This document shows, in pieces, positions 52,308-60,711 of a stretch of 61,655 bases of DNA. Under the pieces are notes generated by a model that was given only the letters and a program-made list of their open reading frames with translations, was not told the DNA's origin and did not search any database. Made by a program: the position numbers and the translations under genes. Source of the DNA: Gammaproteobacteria bacterium. Lineage in GTDB: Bacteria; Pseudomonadota; Gammaproteobacteria; Steroidobacterales; Rariloculaceae. Positions within the stretch are counted from its first letter, which is position 1, and each line of letters opens with the position of its first letter. The stretch covers positions 1-61,655 of the forward strand of contig DASTSM010000349.1 of NCBI GenBank assembly GCA_035760685.1. Reading direction: 5' to 3'.

Positions 52308-53198
52308 ATGAAGACGACGACGTGGGTAGCTCTCTGCGTCTTGGGAGCCATTGCCTCGACGGCCGTTCGGACGGCCTCGGCCGCGACGAACGAATGCGAC
52401 CGCGAGTGCTTGCGCGGCATGATGACCACGTTCCTCTATGCGCTGGTCAAACACGATGCGAGCAAGGTGCCGGTCGCCGACAACGTGCGCGTGACCGAGG
52501 ACGCCGTCGAGAAGCCGCTCGCGAAGGTCGGTCTGCTGAACACCGTCACGCGGCTGCGCGGCTATCGCCAGGACATCATCGACGAGCGCGAAGGAATGGC
52601 CGGCGCGGACGTGGTCGTCGAAGAGGTCGGAGCGCCCGTGCTGCTCGTCGTGCGCCTCAAGGTCGCGGACGGCAAGATCACGGAGATCGAGACCGTCGCG
52701 ACCCGCAGCCGCACCGAAGGGCTCATCTTCAACATCGACGGCCTGAGCACGCCGACCGAAGAGATGAACTATGCGCCGCGCCCCGAGCAGCTCGCCTCGC
52801 GCGAGGATGCGATCAAGGCGGCGCTGCATTATCCGACCGGCCTCAACGCGGCGAAGACCTTCGCGGCCGTGAACGCGCCGTTCGCGCCCGACGCGTATCG
52901 ACTCGAGAACGGTCAGGTCATGGCCGGGCCCAAATGCACGTTCGCGCCGGGCTGCCAGAACATCGCGACGCAGTCGCTCGCCGTCTTCGAGCGCCTCGGC
53001 GACGTGTCGACGCGCGTGATCGGCGTCGACGAGCGCATGGGGATCGTCTGGCTCCGCATGGCGTGGGGCGCGCGCCAGGAGGGCGGAGATCAGCTCACGG
53101 TCTGGGAGAGCTTCAAGGTCTACGACGGGCAGATCCACGCCGTCGAAGCGTTCATGAAGATCTTGCCTTTCGAGCTTCGATCCGGCGGCTGGGAGTAG
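52308..53198 (+). CDS. Secreted hypothetical protein
   Basis: 296 aa. ATG 52308. Signal peptide MKTTTWVALCVLGAIASTAVRTASA|A. Coding-like composition. I could not assign a family with confidence; it may be a tandem NTF2/SnoaL-like fold. Confidence 0.6.
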   Translation: MKTTTWVALCVLGAIASTAVRTASAATNECDRECLRGMMTTFLYALVKHDASKVPVADNVRVTEDAVEKPLAKVGLLNTVTRLRGYRQDIIDEREGMAGADVVVEEVGAPVLLVVRLKVADGKITEIETVATRSRTEGLIFNIDGLSTPTEEMNYAPRPEQLASREDAIKAALHYPTGLNAAKTFAAVNAPFAPDAYRLENGQVMAGPKCTFAPGCQNIATQSLAVFERLGDVSTRVIGVDERMGIVWLRMAWGARQEGGDQLTVWESFKVYDGQIHAVEAFMKILPFELRSGGWE

Positions 53199-53616
53199 CG
53201 GGCGCGTTTTTCCGCCGGCCGACGGCCCCGGAGCCGGCCGCCCGAAGGTAGCGTCGAAACGTGGGGCACTCCATGTGACTTCGCGCGGGACAGGCGGCGG
53301 CGTGCCGTAGACCGTCGCGCATCGCGACGAGCCTGCGAATCGTGTCGTCGAGCTCGTCGGCCTTGGCCGCGAGCATCTTGCGGTCGATGCGCGGCCGGCC
53401 ATCCGGCGCGAACATTCCGGCGATCTCGTCGAGCGTGAAGCCCGCGGCACGTCCGAGCGCGATCAGCGCGAGCCGCTCGAGCACGCCGGGATCGTACTGG
53501 CGGCGCAGTCCTCGTCGGCCCGTGGACGAGATCAGCCGCTTCTCCTCGTAGAACCGCAGCGTCGAGTGGGGAACACCGGAGCGCTGCGCCACCTCCGAAA
53601 TATCCAGGTCTCTCAC
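53152..53616 (-). CDS. MerR-family transcriptional regulator
   Basis: 154 aa with a GTG start. HTH: MRDLDISEVAQRSGVPHSTLRFYEEKRLI. Coiled-coil dimerisation helix. C-terminal Cys/His residues (AACPARSHMECP). It is divergent from the DUF2938 gene. Confidence 0.85.
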   Translation of the reverse strand: MRDLDISEVAQRSGVPHSTLRFYEEKRLISSTGRRGLRRQYDPGVLERLALIALGRAAGFTLDEIAGMFAPDGRPRIDRKMLAAKADELDDTIRRLVAMRDGLRHAAACPARSHMECPTFRRYLRAAGSGAVGRRKNAPATPSRRIEARKARSS

Positions 53617-53690
53617 CTCTTGACCTCAAGTCGACTTGAAGTGGCAGAGTGCAGCTTTCGAATCTCGAAGGCAAGCAGAGGGAGACGAAC

Positions 53691-54200
53691 GTGGACTATC
53701 TCGCGTCTGCGGTTCCGATCGGGGTGGGCGCGACCGCGGTGATGGATCTCTGGAGCCTCATCCGCAGGCGCCTGTTCGGCGTTCCGCAACTGGACTACGC
53801 GCTGGTCGGCCGCTGGCTCGCTCATCTGCCGCGCGGACGTTTTCGGCACGATCCCATCGCCGCCTCGCCGCCGGTTGCCGTTGAGCGCCTGATTGGTTGG
53901 GCGGCCCATTACGTCATCGGCATCGCGTTCGCGGGCGTGCTGCTCTCGATCGGGGGCCCCGACTGGGTCCGGCATCCGACCGTCGCACCCGCGCTCGTCG
54001 TCGGCATCGGCAGCGTCGTCGCTCCGTTCCTCGTGATGCAGCCCGGCATGGGCGCCGGGATTGCCGCGAGCCGCACCGCACGGCCAGCGGCCGCGCGCCT
54101 CAACAGCTTGGTCACACACGCCGTTTTCGGCCTCGGCCTCTATGCAGCGGCGTGGGTCACGAGATTGTTGGGGGCTGTCGGCTCCGTGGCGATAGGGTAG
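53691..54200 (+). CDS. DUF2938-family membrane protein
   Basis: I prefer the GTG at 53691, which is preceded by AGAGGGAG. The ORF-track start at 53649 is also a GTG. Motifs: GVGATAVMDLWSLIRRRLFGVPQLDYALVGRW and IGWAAHYVIGIAF. It is paired with a divergent MerR gene. Confidence 0.7.
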   Translation: MDYLASAVPIGVGATAVMDLWSLIRRRLFGVPQLDYALVGRWLAHLPRGRFRHDPIAASPPVAVERLIGWAAHYVIGIAFAGVLLSIGGPDWVRHPTVAPALVVGIGSVVAPFLVMQPGMGAGIAASRTARPAAARLNSLVTHAVFGLGLYAAAWVTRLLGAVGSVAIG

Positions 54201-54298
54201 TCGCCAAAGGCCGCGAACTCCGGGCTCTCGGCAATTGGTATTTCGGGTGGAGCTCGCCTGGCAGGTGTGTTAACGTGCCAACACAGCAATAAGCTGGA

Positions 54299-56800
54299 TT
54301 GCGGACATTGCTCGTGCTTGCGCTCCGGCACGATTTCACGATTGCGCTGCGACGAATCGCGAGTCAGCGCCTCTACAGCGCGCTCGGCGTCGCCGTGCTG
54401 ACGCTCGGCATCGTCTGCTTCATCGCGACTCATCTCTTCGTCAGCTACATCGGGAGCTACGACCGAAACTTCGCGAATGCCGACCGCACGTATGCGATCG
54501 AGCAGACCTTTCGCGCGGAGAGCTCCGGCCTCGACATGCGGCTCATGATTCAAAGCGCGCTGCCTCTCGCCGAGTACTTGAGGCTCGACGTGCCGGAGCT
54601 CGCGGCCGTATCGCGGTACCGGAGTAACCTGACCCCCGTCGAAGCCGGGGGCCGATCGATGGGGCGTGCCGTTGCCTACGTCGAGGCGCCGTTCTACGAC
54701 ATTTTCGACTTCAAGTCCGTGGGCGGGGATCTTCGGGCGGCGACGGCCCCGCGGAGCGCCGTGCTGACCCGGCACGCGGCGCAGCAGATGTTCGGCGAAG
54801 GCGACGCCGTCGGCAAAATCATCACGATCGGCGGCGCGCACCCGCTCGACGTCGAGGTCGTCGCCGTCATCGAGGACGTGCCGGCCGCCTCGCATCTCGC
54901 CTCGGGATCGTTGTTCTCGCGGGGCTTCGATGTGCTCGCGTCCTGGGACGTGTTCGAGGCGATCGGCAGAACGCCGTTCGATACGAGCTGGGGCAACGCG
55001 CCGGTGATGACCTACGCATTGCTACCCCCGGACGGATCGTTCACGGCCGCCGAGCTGAACGGCCGACTTCGGCGACTCGTCGCGCGCCACATACCCGCCG
55101 AGTGGAGGCAGGCGGCGACGATCGAGTTCGAGGCCCGGCCCATCGCTTCGATCGCCGCGAGCACTTTGCAGTGGCGGTACCAGGGCTACGGGCCGCCGTG
55201 GCGCGTCGACGTGCTGCGCGCCGTCTCGATCTTCGCGGCCGCGATTCTCGCCATCGCGTGCCTAAATTTCGTCAACCTTGCCACGGCCCAAACGAGCGGC
55301 CGCGCGCTCGCCATCGCCACGCGCAAGGCACTCGGCGCGAAATCGGCGCACGTGGTTCGGCAGGAGCTGATTCAAACCGCGCTCATCGTCGCCGCGGCGA
55401 CGGCGCTCGCGCTCGCGGCCATCGTTCCGGCCGGGCGGCTGCTGACGGGGGCGTGGCGCGTTGCGTTCGCCGTGCCGTGGGCGGAGCCGCGGTTCTGGAC
55501 GTTCCTCGCGGCCTTGCTCGCCGGCGTAACCTGCGCGGTCGGACTCTACCCCGCGCTCGTGCTCGCCCGAATCCGGCCCGCGGCGGGGCTGCGTCTCGGC
55601 GCCGTTCGCTCAGGACCGAGGCTCGTGCGCACGGTTCTCGTCGGGGCGCAATTCGCGACCGCGAGCTTCCTCGTCGCCGTCGTCGTCGTGCTGCTCGTTC
55701 AGCGTCATGGCCTGCGGGAGGCGCTGCTCGGCCGGTTCGAGGACCCCTACGTGATGTTCTACGTCGGGCCGCCGGCGCCGATGCCCGACCGCGAGGTTCT
55801 TGCCCGGGAGCTCTCGCGCGGTCCCAACATCGAAGGGGCGTCCTTCATGTGGCAGCCCCTTTTGCAGGCCACGGGCCCGAGGACGCAGTTGCGCCGCGCG
55901 GCCGATGCGCAAGCGCCCCGCCTCACGATGGACGCTCAGGCCGTCGGCTACGACTTCTTCGCACTGCTCGACATTCCGGTGCTCGCCGGCCGCGTGTTCG
56001 AGCGCGGGCACGCGGACGACGCCATGCCCCGAACGCCCGAGGCGATCGCCGCCCGCGAGGGCGGGCCGGTGGCGATGGTCCTCGACCGCGCGGCCGCACG
56101 GGCGCTCGGCTGGCCCGATCCGGCCGGTGCCGTCGGCCAGACCGTCTACGCCTCGAACTCCACGCGGCCGATCGAGATCATCGGCGTCGTCGAGACCGTG
56201 CCGATGACAATACGCACGCGCGGCAGCGCCGGCCTCGCCTACGAGATGGATCCCACGATCAGCGACTACTGGATCGTTCGGCTCGGTAAGGGCGACGTCG
56301 CGGCGTCGCTCGCCCACATCCGCGATGCCGTGGAGAAGCTGGCGCCCGGTCGCGGCGCGCCGCGACTCGCGTTTCTCGATCAGGCTTTCGCGAGCGCCTA
56401 CTGGACGTTCGCCGTGATGAACCGCGTGCTCGGCGGCCTCGCGCTCTTCGCGATCGCGATCGCCGGCACGGGCCTCTTCGGCATGGCGAGCTACGTGACG
56501 GCGCGGCGCACGCGCGAGATCGGGCTGCGCAAGACGCAGGGCGCATCGTCGGGCCGCGTCCTGCGCATGCTGCTCTGGGACTTCTCGAAGCCCGTCGTCG
56601 CCGCGAATCTCGCGGCGTGGCCGCTCGCGTTCTATGCCGCCGAGAGGTACCTGGGCCTCTTTGCCGAGCGCGCCGCACTGACGCCGCTGCCGTTCGCACT
56701 CGCGCTCGCGGCGACGCTCGCGCTCGCATGGCTCACGGTGGGCGGCCGCGTGCTGCACGCGGCGCGGCTGAGCCCGGCGGTGTCGCTGCGGAACGAGTGA
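54299..56800 (+). CDS. ABC transporter permease with duplicated MacB_PCD/FtsX modules (ADOP-like orphan permease)
   Basis: 833 aa. TTG start (GTG at 54314 is also possible). N-terminal LRHDFTIALRRIASQRLYSALGVAVLTLGI. Two FtsX-type 4-TM blocks, the second with REIGLRKTQGAS. There is no adjacent ATPase gene. Confidence 0.85.
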   Translation: MRTLLVLALRHDFTIALRRIASQRLYSALGVAVLTLGIVCFIATHLFVSYIGSYDRNFANADRTYAIEQTFRAESSGLDMRLMIQSALPLAEYLRLDVPELAAVSRYRSNLTPVEAGGRSMGRAVAYVEAPFYDIFDFKSVGGDLRAATAPRSAVLTRHAAQQMFGEGDAVGKIITIGGAHPLDVEVVAVIEDVPAASHLASGSLFSRGFDVLASWDVFEAIGRTPFDTSWGNAPVMTYALLPPDGSFTAAELNGRLRRLVARHIPAEWRQAATIEFEARPIASIAASTLQWRYQGYGPPWRVDVLRAVSIFAAAILAIACLNFVNLATAQTSGRALAIATRKALGAKSAHVVRQELIQTALIVAAATALALAAIVPAGRLLTGAWRVAFAVPWAEPRFWTFLAALLAGVTCAVGLYPALVLARIRPAAGLRLGAVRSGPRLVRTVLVGAQFATASFLVAVVVVLLVQRHGLREALLGRFEDPYVMFYVGPPAPMPDREVLARELSRGPNIEGASFMWQPLLQATGPRTQLRRAADAQAPRLTMDAQAVGYDFFALLDIPVLAGRVFERGHADDAMPRTPEAIAAREGGPVAMVLDRAAARALGWPDPAGAVGQTVYASNSTRPIEIIGVVETVPMTIRTRGSAGLAYEMDPTISDYWIVRLGKGDVAASLAHIRDAVEKLAPGRGAPRLAFLDQAFASAYWTFAVMNRVLGGLALFAIAIAGTGLFGMASYVTARRTREIGLRKTQGASSGRVLRMLLWDFSKPVVAANLAAWPLAFYAAERYLGLFAERAALTPLPFALALAATLALAWLTVGGRVLHAARLSPAVSLRNE

Positions 56801-56801
56801 C

Positions 56802-56873
56802 GAGTCGATCGCTCTCCCGGGGCGTGAAGAGTCGCTCGCTCTCCCAGGCCTGCGAAGAATCGACTGCTCTCCC
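56802..56873 (+). repeat. Three tandem ~27-28 bp units just after the permease stop
   Basis: GAGTCGATCGCTCTCCC (56802-56818), GAGTCGCTCGCTCTCCC (56829-56845) and GAATCGACTGCTCTCCC (56857-56873), separated by short spacers. Confidence 0.7.
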
Positions 56874-56906
56874 GACGCGATGCCGTGACGCGCGCTCGTC
56901 GGCCTA

Positions 56907-57560
56907 TTAGGGCTTCCGAGCGATGCGCCAGCCGGCGACGACGTACCAGGCCAGCGTCACGATGATCAACGCGCGTTCCGCGAGCCCTTCGACGGCAATG
57001 CCTGCCGGTTGCGCTTCTTCAGCGAACGACCAAAGCGTCAGCGCGACCAGAAGCGCCGTGGCGGCGCTCGCGGCGAACGAGTAGCCGCTCCAACCGCGCC
57101 AGTGCGCGTTCCGCCGGAGCGCGAGGCCCGCGACGAGGAACACGAGCGCCGGAGCGACGAGGGCAGGGACGGCGCCCGCGTAGACATGGATGCCGTTCGT
57201 CGCGCGCGCTTCGGTGAAGACGGAAGCCATCGCGTAGCCGATCGCCGGCACCTCGAGCAGCCCCGCACAGAGCCGGCGGCGCGTGCGCGAGAGCGTCGTC
57301 CGCGCGCGCCGAAAGAAGGCGGCGACCCAGGCCGTCAACAGTGCCGCGTTCAGGAGGCCGGCGCCGTTGACGATCCAGGCACGCGGACCCAAGCCGAGGT
57401 CGCTGACGACGTCGCGAATCGGCGAATAGCCGGGCCGCAGCGCGCCGGCGACCGTGAAGGCTGCTACGAGAACGATGGGACCGATGACGCCGCCGAGCGC
57501 GAGTCGCGCCGTGAGCTGACGGTAACGTCGTCGCGCCTCGATGTCCTCCCGTGCCTCCAT
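56907..57560 (-). CDS. DUF998-family membrane protein
   Basis: 217 aa. About six TM segments. Motif GYSPIRDVVSDLGLGPRAWIVNGAGLLNAAL, which is typical of DUF998. Confidence 0.7.
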   Translation of the reverse strand: MEAREDIEARRRYRQLTARLALGGVIGPIVLVAAFTVAGALRPGYSPIRDVVSDLGLGPRAWIVNGAGLLNAALLTAWVAAFFRRARTTLSRTRRRLCAGLLEVPAIGYAMASVFTEARATNGIHVYAGAVPALVAPALVFLVAGLALRRNAHWRGWSGYSFAASAATALLVALTLWSFAEEAQPAGIAVEGLAERALIIVTLAWYVVAGWRIARKP

Positions 57561-57620
57561 GAATGGGCGGGCGGCCTTCAGCTCCGACTTCGAGTCGTCA
57601 CGTTAGAAGTGAGTCGGCGC

Positions 57621-58034
57621 TTACTCGGCTTTCCGCGTTCGCGATTTCTCGCCGTGGGACGGACGGATTAGAACGTCGGCGGAAATGCCAAGGCGCGCGT
57701 GGAGGCGACGGATCATAGCGATCGATAGACCGCGTTTACGGTTTAGCACCTCGGCGACGCGAGTGCGCGTTCCGATCATGGGTTCGAGGTCCTTGCGCGT
57801 GAGCCCCTGCTGTTCCATGCGAAACTTGATGGCCTCGATGGGGTCGGGCGGATCCATCGGGTAATGCGCGGCCTCATAGGCATCGATCAAGGTCGCCAGG
57901 ATGTCGAGCCTATCTCCTTCGGGCGTGCCGCTCTTCGCACCCCAAAGGCGCTCCACCTCCGCAAGGCTTCTTTCGTAGTCCGCCTTCGAGCGGATCGGTT
58001 TGAGGTCAGCTTTCACGGTCCACTTCTTTGACAT
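57621..58034 (-). CDS. higA: HigA-family antitoxin (XRE-type HTH)
   Basis: LKPIRSKADYERSLAEVERLWGAKSGTPEGDRLDILATLIDAYE, then the HTH GLTRKDLEPMIGTRTRVAEVLNRKRGLSIAMIRRL. The start is ATG 58034 or GTG 58016, and either overlaps the higB 3' end. Confidence 0.85.
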   Translation of the reverse strand: MSKKWTVKADLKPIRSKADYERSLAEVERLWGAKSGTPEGDRLDILATLIDAYEAAHYPMDPPDPIEAIKFRMEQQGLTRKDLEPMIGTRTRVAEVLNRKRGLSIAMIRRLHARLGISADVLIRPSHGEKSRTRKAE

Positions 58035-58329
58035 TGATGTCGTCATAGGCGCGATGAGTCCCAATCCACTTGATCCAGACGATTTCCTTCTCGAAGTCGA
58101 CGGCGACGACCAAGCGATATGCGTTGCCTTTGATGTTGAACACGATGCGCTCAGCTGTGACGATGCTTGCTGTTACGTAGGACCGCTTCAAATCCGCCGT
58201 ACTTTTCCATCGCGCTTTCTTGACTTCGTCGAACCAAGCATCCAACGCCGCTTTTACCGCCGGTTGGTCTCTTCGCCCGGCCAGGGAATCGATAAATTCC
58301 CGCAACGTGCGCCGAGCGATGATTCGCAT
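58006..58329 (-). CDS. higB: HigB-family type II toxin (mRNA interferase)
   Basis: 107 aa: MRIIARRTLREFI...VKKARWKSTADLKRSY..ASIV...RIVFNIKGNAYRLVVAVDFEKEIVWIKWIGTHRAYDDI. Toxin-first gene order. The GC content is visibly lower than in the flanks. Confidence 0.85.
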   Translation of the reverse strand: MRIIARRTLREFIDSLAGRRDQPAVKAALDAWFDEVKKARWKSTADLKRSYVTASIVTAERIVFNIKGNAYRLVVAVDFEKEIVWIKWIGTHRAYDDINVKEVDRES

Positions 58330-58641
58330 GGAGCGACGCTACCAGGTGCCCATTTTGGGTGCAAGCGATATACGAGGGCGTTTCTGTCGCTTATACGGCT
58401 TCCCCTCTTTCCGCACAGTGACTCGGGCGATGCAGTCGGTGTCGCAGGGGATTTCGACGGTTGGCCGGGATCACCCTCGCGTTCGGATCCGGACGAACCG
58501 TCCGATTTCGAACGATGAGGCAGGGCTCATAGCGGGCACTTCCTCGGCGCGGGCGGCGGGATTCCCGCCTCCGACAGGGACAGACGCGCCAAGTGCGTCA
58601 GACGCAAGCGCGTGGCACAGTCTCTGCAGTCGGCACTAGCC

Positions 58642-59886
58642 ATGGATCGAGACTTTTCCCCGCAGCAGCTGCGCCGAAGGCGCCTTGCGCGCGGCGCGAA
58701 AGCGCTGCTCGCGCTGGCTGCCATCGCGACGCTGGCTTGGTCCACTCCGCGCTTCCTGCGTCCTTCGGTAGAGCGCGCGGACTTGCGCATCGCAACGGTC
58801 GAGCGCGGCCCGCTCGAGGCCACGGTCACGGCGACGGGAACCATCGTCCCGGGCATCGAGCAAACCGTCTCGAGCCCCGTCGGCGCCGAGGTCCTCGCCG
58901 TGCCGGTCGCGCTCGGCGAGCGCGTCAAACGCGGTGACGTCATCATGGAGCTCGACACTCGCGCGACGAAGCTAGCCCTCGTCAATCTCGAGGAGCAGCT
59001 CGCGCTCAAGCAAGCGGAGCTCCGCAGCCAAGACCTTCAGCGCGCCGACGCGATCCGCCAGGCCAAAGCCCAGCGCGAGCTGCTCGCGATCGACCTCGAG
59101 AGCCGCCAGGTCCGCCTATCCCGGTTGCAGCAGCTCGACGGATCCGGTGCCGTCTCCGACGCGGACCTCCTCGAAGCGCGGCTCGACGTCAAGCGCACGA
59201 AGGTCGAGATCGCGCAGACCGACGACGAGATCACGAGCCTCGAAGGGCGCCGCGACGCCGATCACGAACGCCTCGAGCTCGACTACTCGATTCTCGAAAA
59301 GCAGCGCGACGATCAGGCGCGGCGCGTCGCGATGTCGACGGTGAAGGCGCCCCTCGACGGCGTCGTGACCTCGCTCGTGCACGACGCGGGCTCGGTCGTC
59401 GCCGAAGGCCAGGCGCTCGCGACGATCGCGGCCGAGGATTCGTTCAGCGTCGAGGCCTCGGTCTCCGATTTCTACGGGCCGCAGCTCCGGCCCGGACAGC
59501 GGGCCCGGATCCGCTCGTCGGCGATCGAGCTCGAAGGCACGCTGAATCGCATTCTGCCGTCGGCGGACAGCTCGAGCCTCGATCTCTTCATCGAGCTCGA
59601 CGACCCGGCCGCGCCGGCTTTTCACACGAATCTGCGCGTCGACGTCGAGATCGTGACGGCCGAGAAGCCCGACGTGCTCAAGGTCCGGCGCGGCCCGGCG
59701 CTCGAGGGCGCGGGCATCGAGCAGCTCTACGTCGTCGACGGCGACCGCGCGGTGCGCAGGCCCGTGCGCCTCGGCTCGAGCGAGCGCAATGAGGTCGAGA
59801 TCGTCGGCGGGCTCGAGGTCGGCGACGAGGTCATCGTCTCCGATACGTCGGCGTTCGAGCGGCTCGCGGAAGTGCGGATCAAATAA
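58642..59886 (+). CDS. HlyD-family / efflux periplasmic adaptor (MacA-like)
   Basis: I prefer the ATG at 58642 over the ORF-track GTG at 58612. It has a membrane anchor (ALLALAAIATLAW), a long coiled-coil (LEEQLALKQAELRSQDLQRADAIRQAKAQRELLAIDLE) and beta-barrel motifs. It lies upstream of the ABC ATPase and permease genes. Confidence 0.85.
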   Translation: MDRDFSPQQLRRRRLARGAKALLALAAIATLAWSTPRFLRPSVERADLRIATVERGPLEATVTATGTIVPGIEQTVSSPVGAEVLAVPVALGERVKRGDVIMELDTRATKLALVNLEEQLALKQAELRSQDLQRADAIRQAKAQRELLAIDLESRQVRLSRLQQLDGSGAVSDADLLEARLDVKRTKVEIAQTDDEITSLEGRRDADHERLELDYSILEKQRDDQARRVAMSTVKAPLDGVVTSLVHDAGSVVAEGQALATIAAEDSFSVEASVSDFYGPQLRPGQRARIRSSAIELEGTLNRILPSADSSSLDLFIELDDPAAPAFHTNLRVDVEIVTAEKPDVLKVRRGPALEGAGIEQLYVVDGDRAVRRPVRLGSSERNEVEIVGGLEVGDEVIVSDTSAFERLAEVRIK

Positions 59887-59891
59887 CGTGC

Positions 59892-59990
59892 GAGCAATCG
59901 AAGCGGCGGGGAGCGATCGAAGCGGCGCGGAGCAATCGAAGCGGCTCGACGGAATCGAAGCGGTCGGAGCAATCGAACGGATCGAAGCAA
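59892..59990 (+). repeat. Tandem array of five or six 18-19 bp units in the intergenic spacer of the MacAB-like operon
   Basis: The consensus is GGAGCAATCGAAGCGGCNC. Units lie at 59892-59909, 59910-59928, 59929-59947, 59948-59965 and 59966-59979, with a partial unit from 59980. There are no unique spacers between units. Confidence 0.8.
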
Positions 59991-60015
59991 ACGCGTGGCG
60001 CAGGAGGTTTAGAGC

Positions 60016-60693
60016 ATGTCGGATCCCATCGTCTCTCTGAATGATGTTCAGAAGGTCTACCGCACCGACCGCATGGAAACGGTCGCGCTGCATGCCGTGA
60101 GCCTCGCGATCGAAAGAGGGGAGTTCGTCTCGATCATGGGGCCTTCCGGCTGCGGCAAAAGCACGCTTCTAAACGTCCTCGGCCTCATCGACCGGCCGAC
60201 GCAAGGCGAGGTCGTTTTCGGCGGCCGCTCGGTCGGCGGCCTCGGCGACGCGGAGCTCGCCCCGATCCGAAACCGGGAGCTCGGCTTCGTCTTTCAGCAG
60301 TTCCATCTGATCCCGGACCTCCGCGTCGTCGACAACGTCGAGCTGCCGCTGCTCTACCGAAAGGGCTCGGGCGCCGAGCGCCGCCGGCTCGCGCTCGAGG
60401 CGCTCGAGATCGTCGGCCTCGAGCGGCGCACCGACCATTTCCCGACCGAGCTCTCGGGCGGGCAGCAGCAAAGAGTCGCCGTCGCGCGCGCGATCGTCGG
60501 CCGGCCGCGCCTGCTGCTCGCCGACGAGCCGACGGGCAACCTCGACAGCCAGATGAGCGAGGAGATCATGAGCCTGCTCGAGCGGCTCAACCGCGAGCAA
60601 GGCACGACGATCGCCATGGTGACCCACGACCAGGCCAAGGCCGACCGCACGCATCGCATCTTCCGGCTCTTCGACGGCCAGCTCGTTCATTAG
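60016..60693 (+). CDS. ABC transporter ATP-binding protein (MacB/LolD type)
   Basis: AGGAGG lies 8 nt upstream of the ATG. Walker A GPSGCGKSTLLN, signature LSGGQQQRVAVARAI, Walker B LLLADEPTGNLD, H-loop VTHD. Confidence 0.92.
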   Translation: MSDPIVSLNDVQKVYRTDRMETVALHAVSLAIERGEFVSIMGPSGCGKSTLLNVLGLIDRPTQGEVVFGGRSVGGLGDAELAPIRNRELGFVFQQFHLIPDLRVVDNVELPLLYRKGSGAERRRLALEALEIVGLERRTDHFPTELSGGQQQRVAVARAIVGRPRLLLADEPTGNLDSQMSEEIMSLLERLNREQGTTIAMVTHDQAKADRTHRIFRLFDGQLVH

Positions 60694-60711
60694 CCCGCGC
60701 AAGACACGACC

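Noticed and set aside
59892-59990. A CRISPR array.
   Set aside because: The repeats are only 18-19 bp and lie directly head-to-tail without unique spacers. No cas genes are present in the window.
57621-59990. A mobile genetic element carrying higBA, bounded by the two repeat arrays.
   Set aside because: No integrase, transposase, tRNA attachment site or clear terminal inverted or direct repeats of useful length are present. Only a short shared 10-mer and a visual GC dip support the idea, so it is reported as a low-confidence finding rather than a mobile_element feature.
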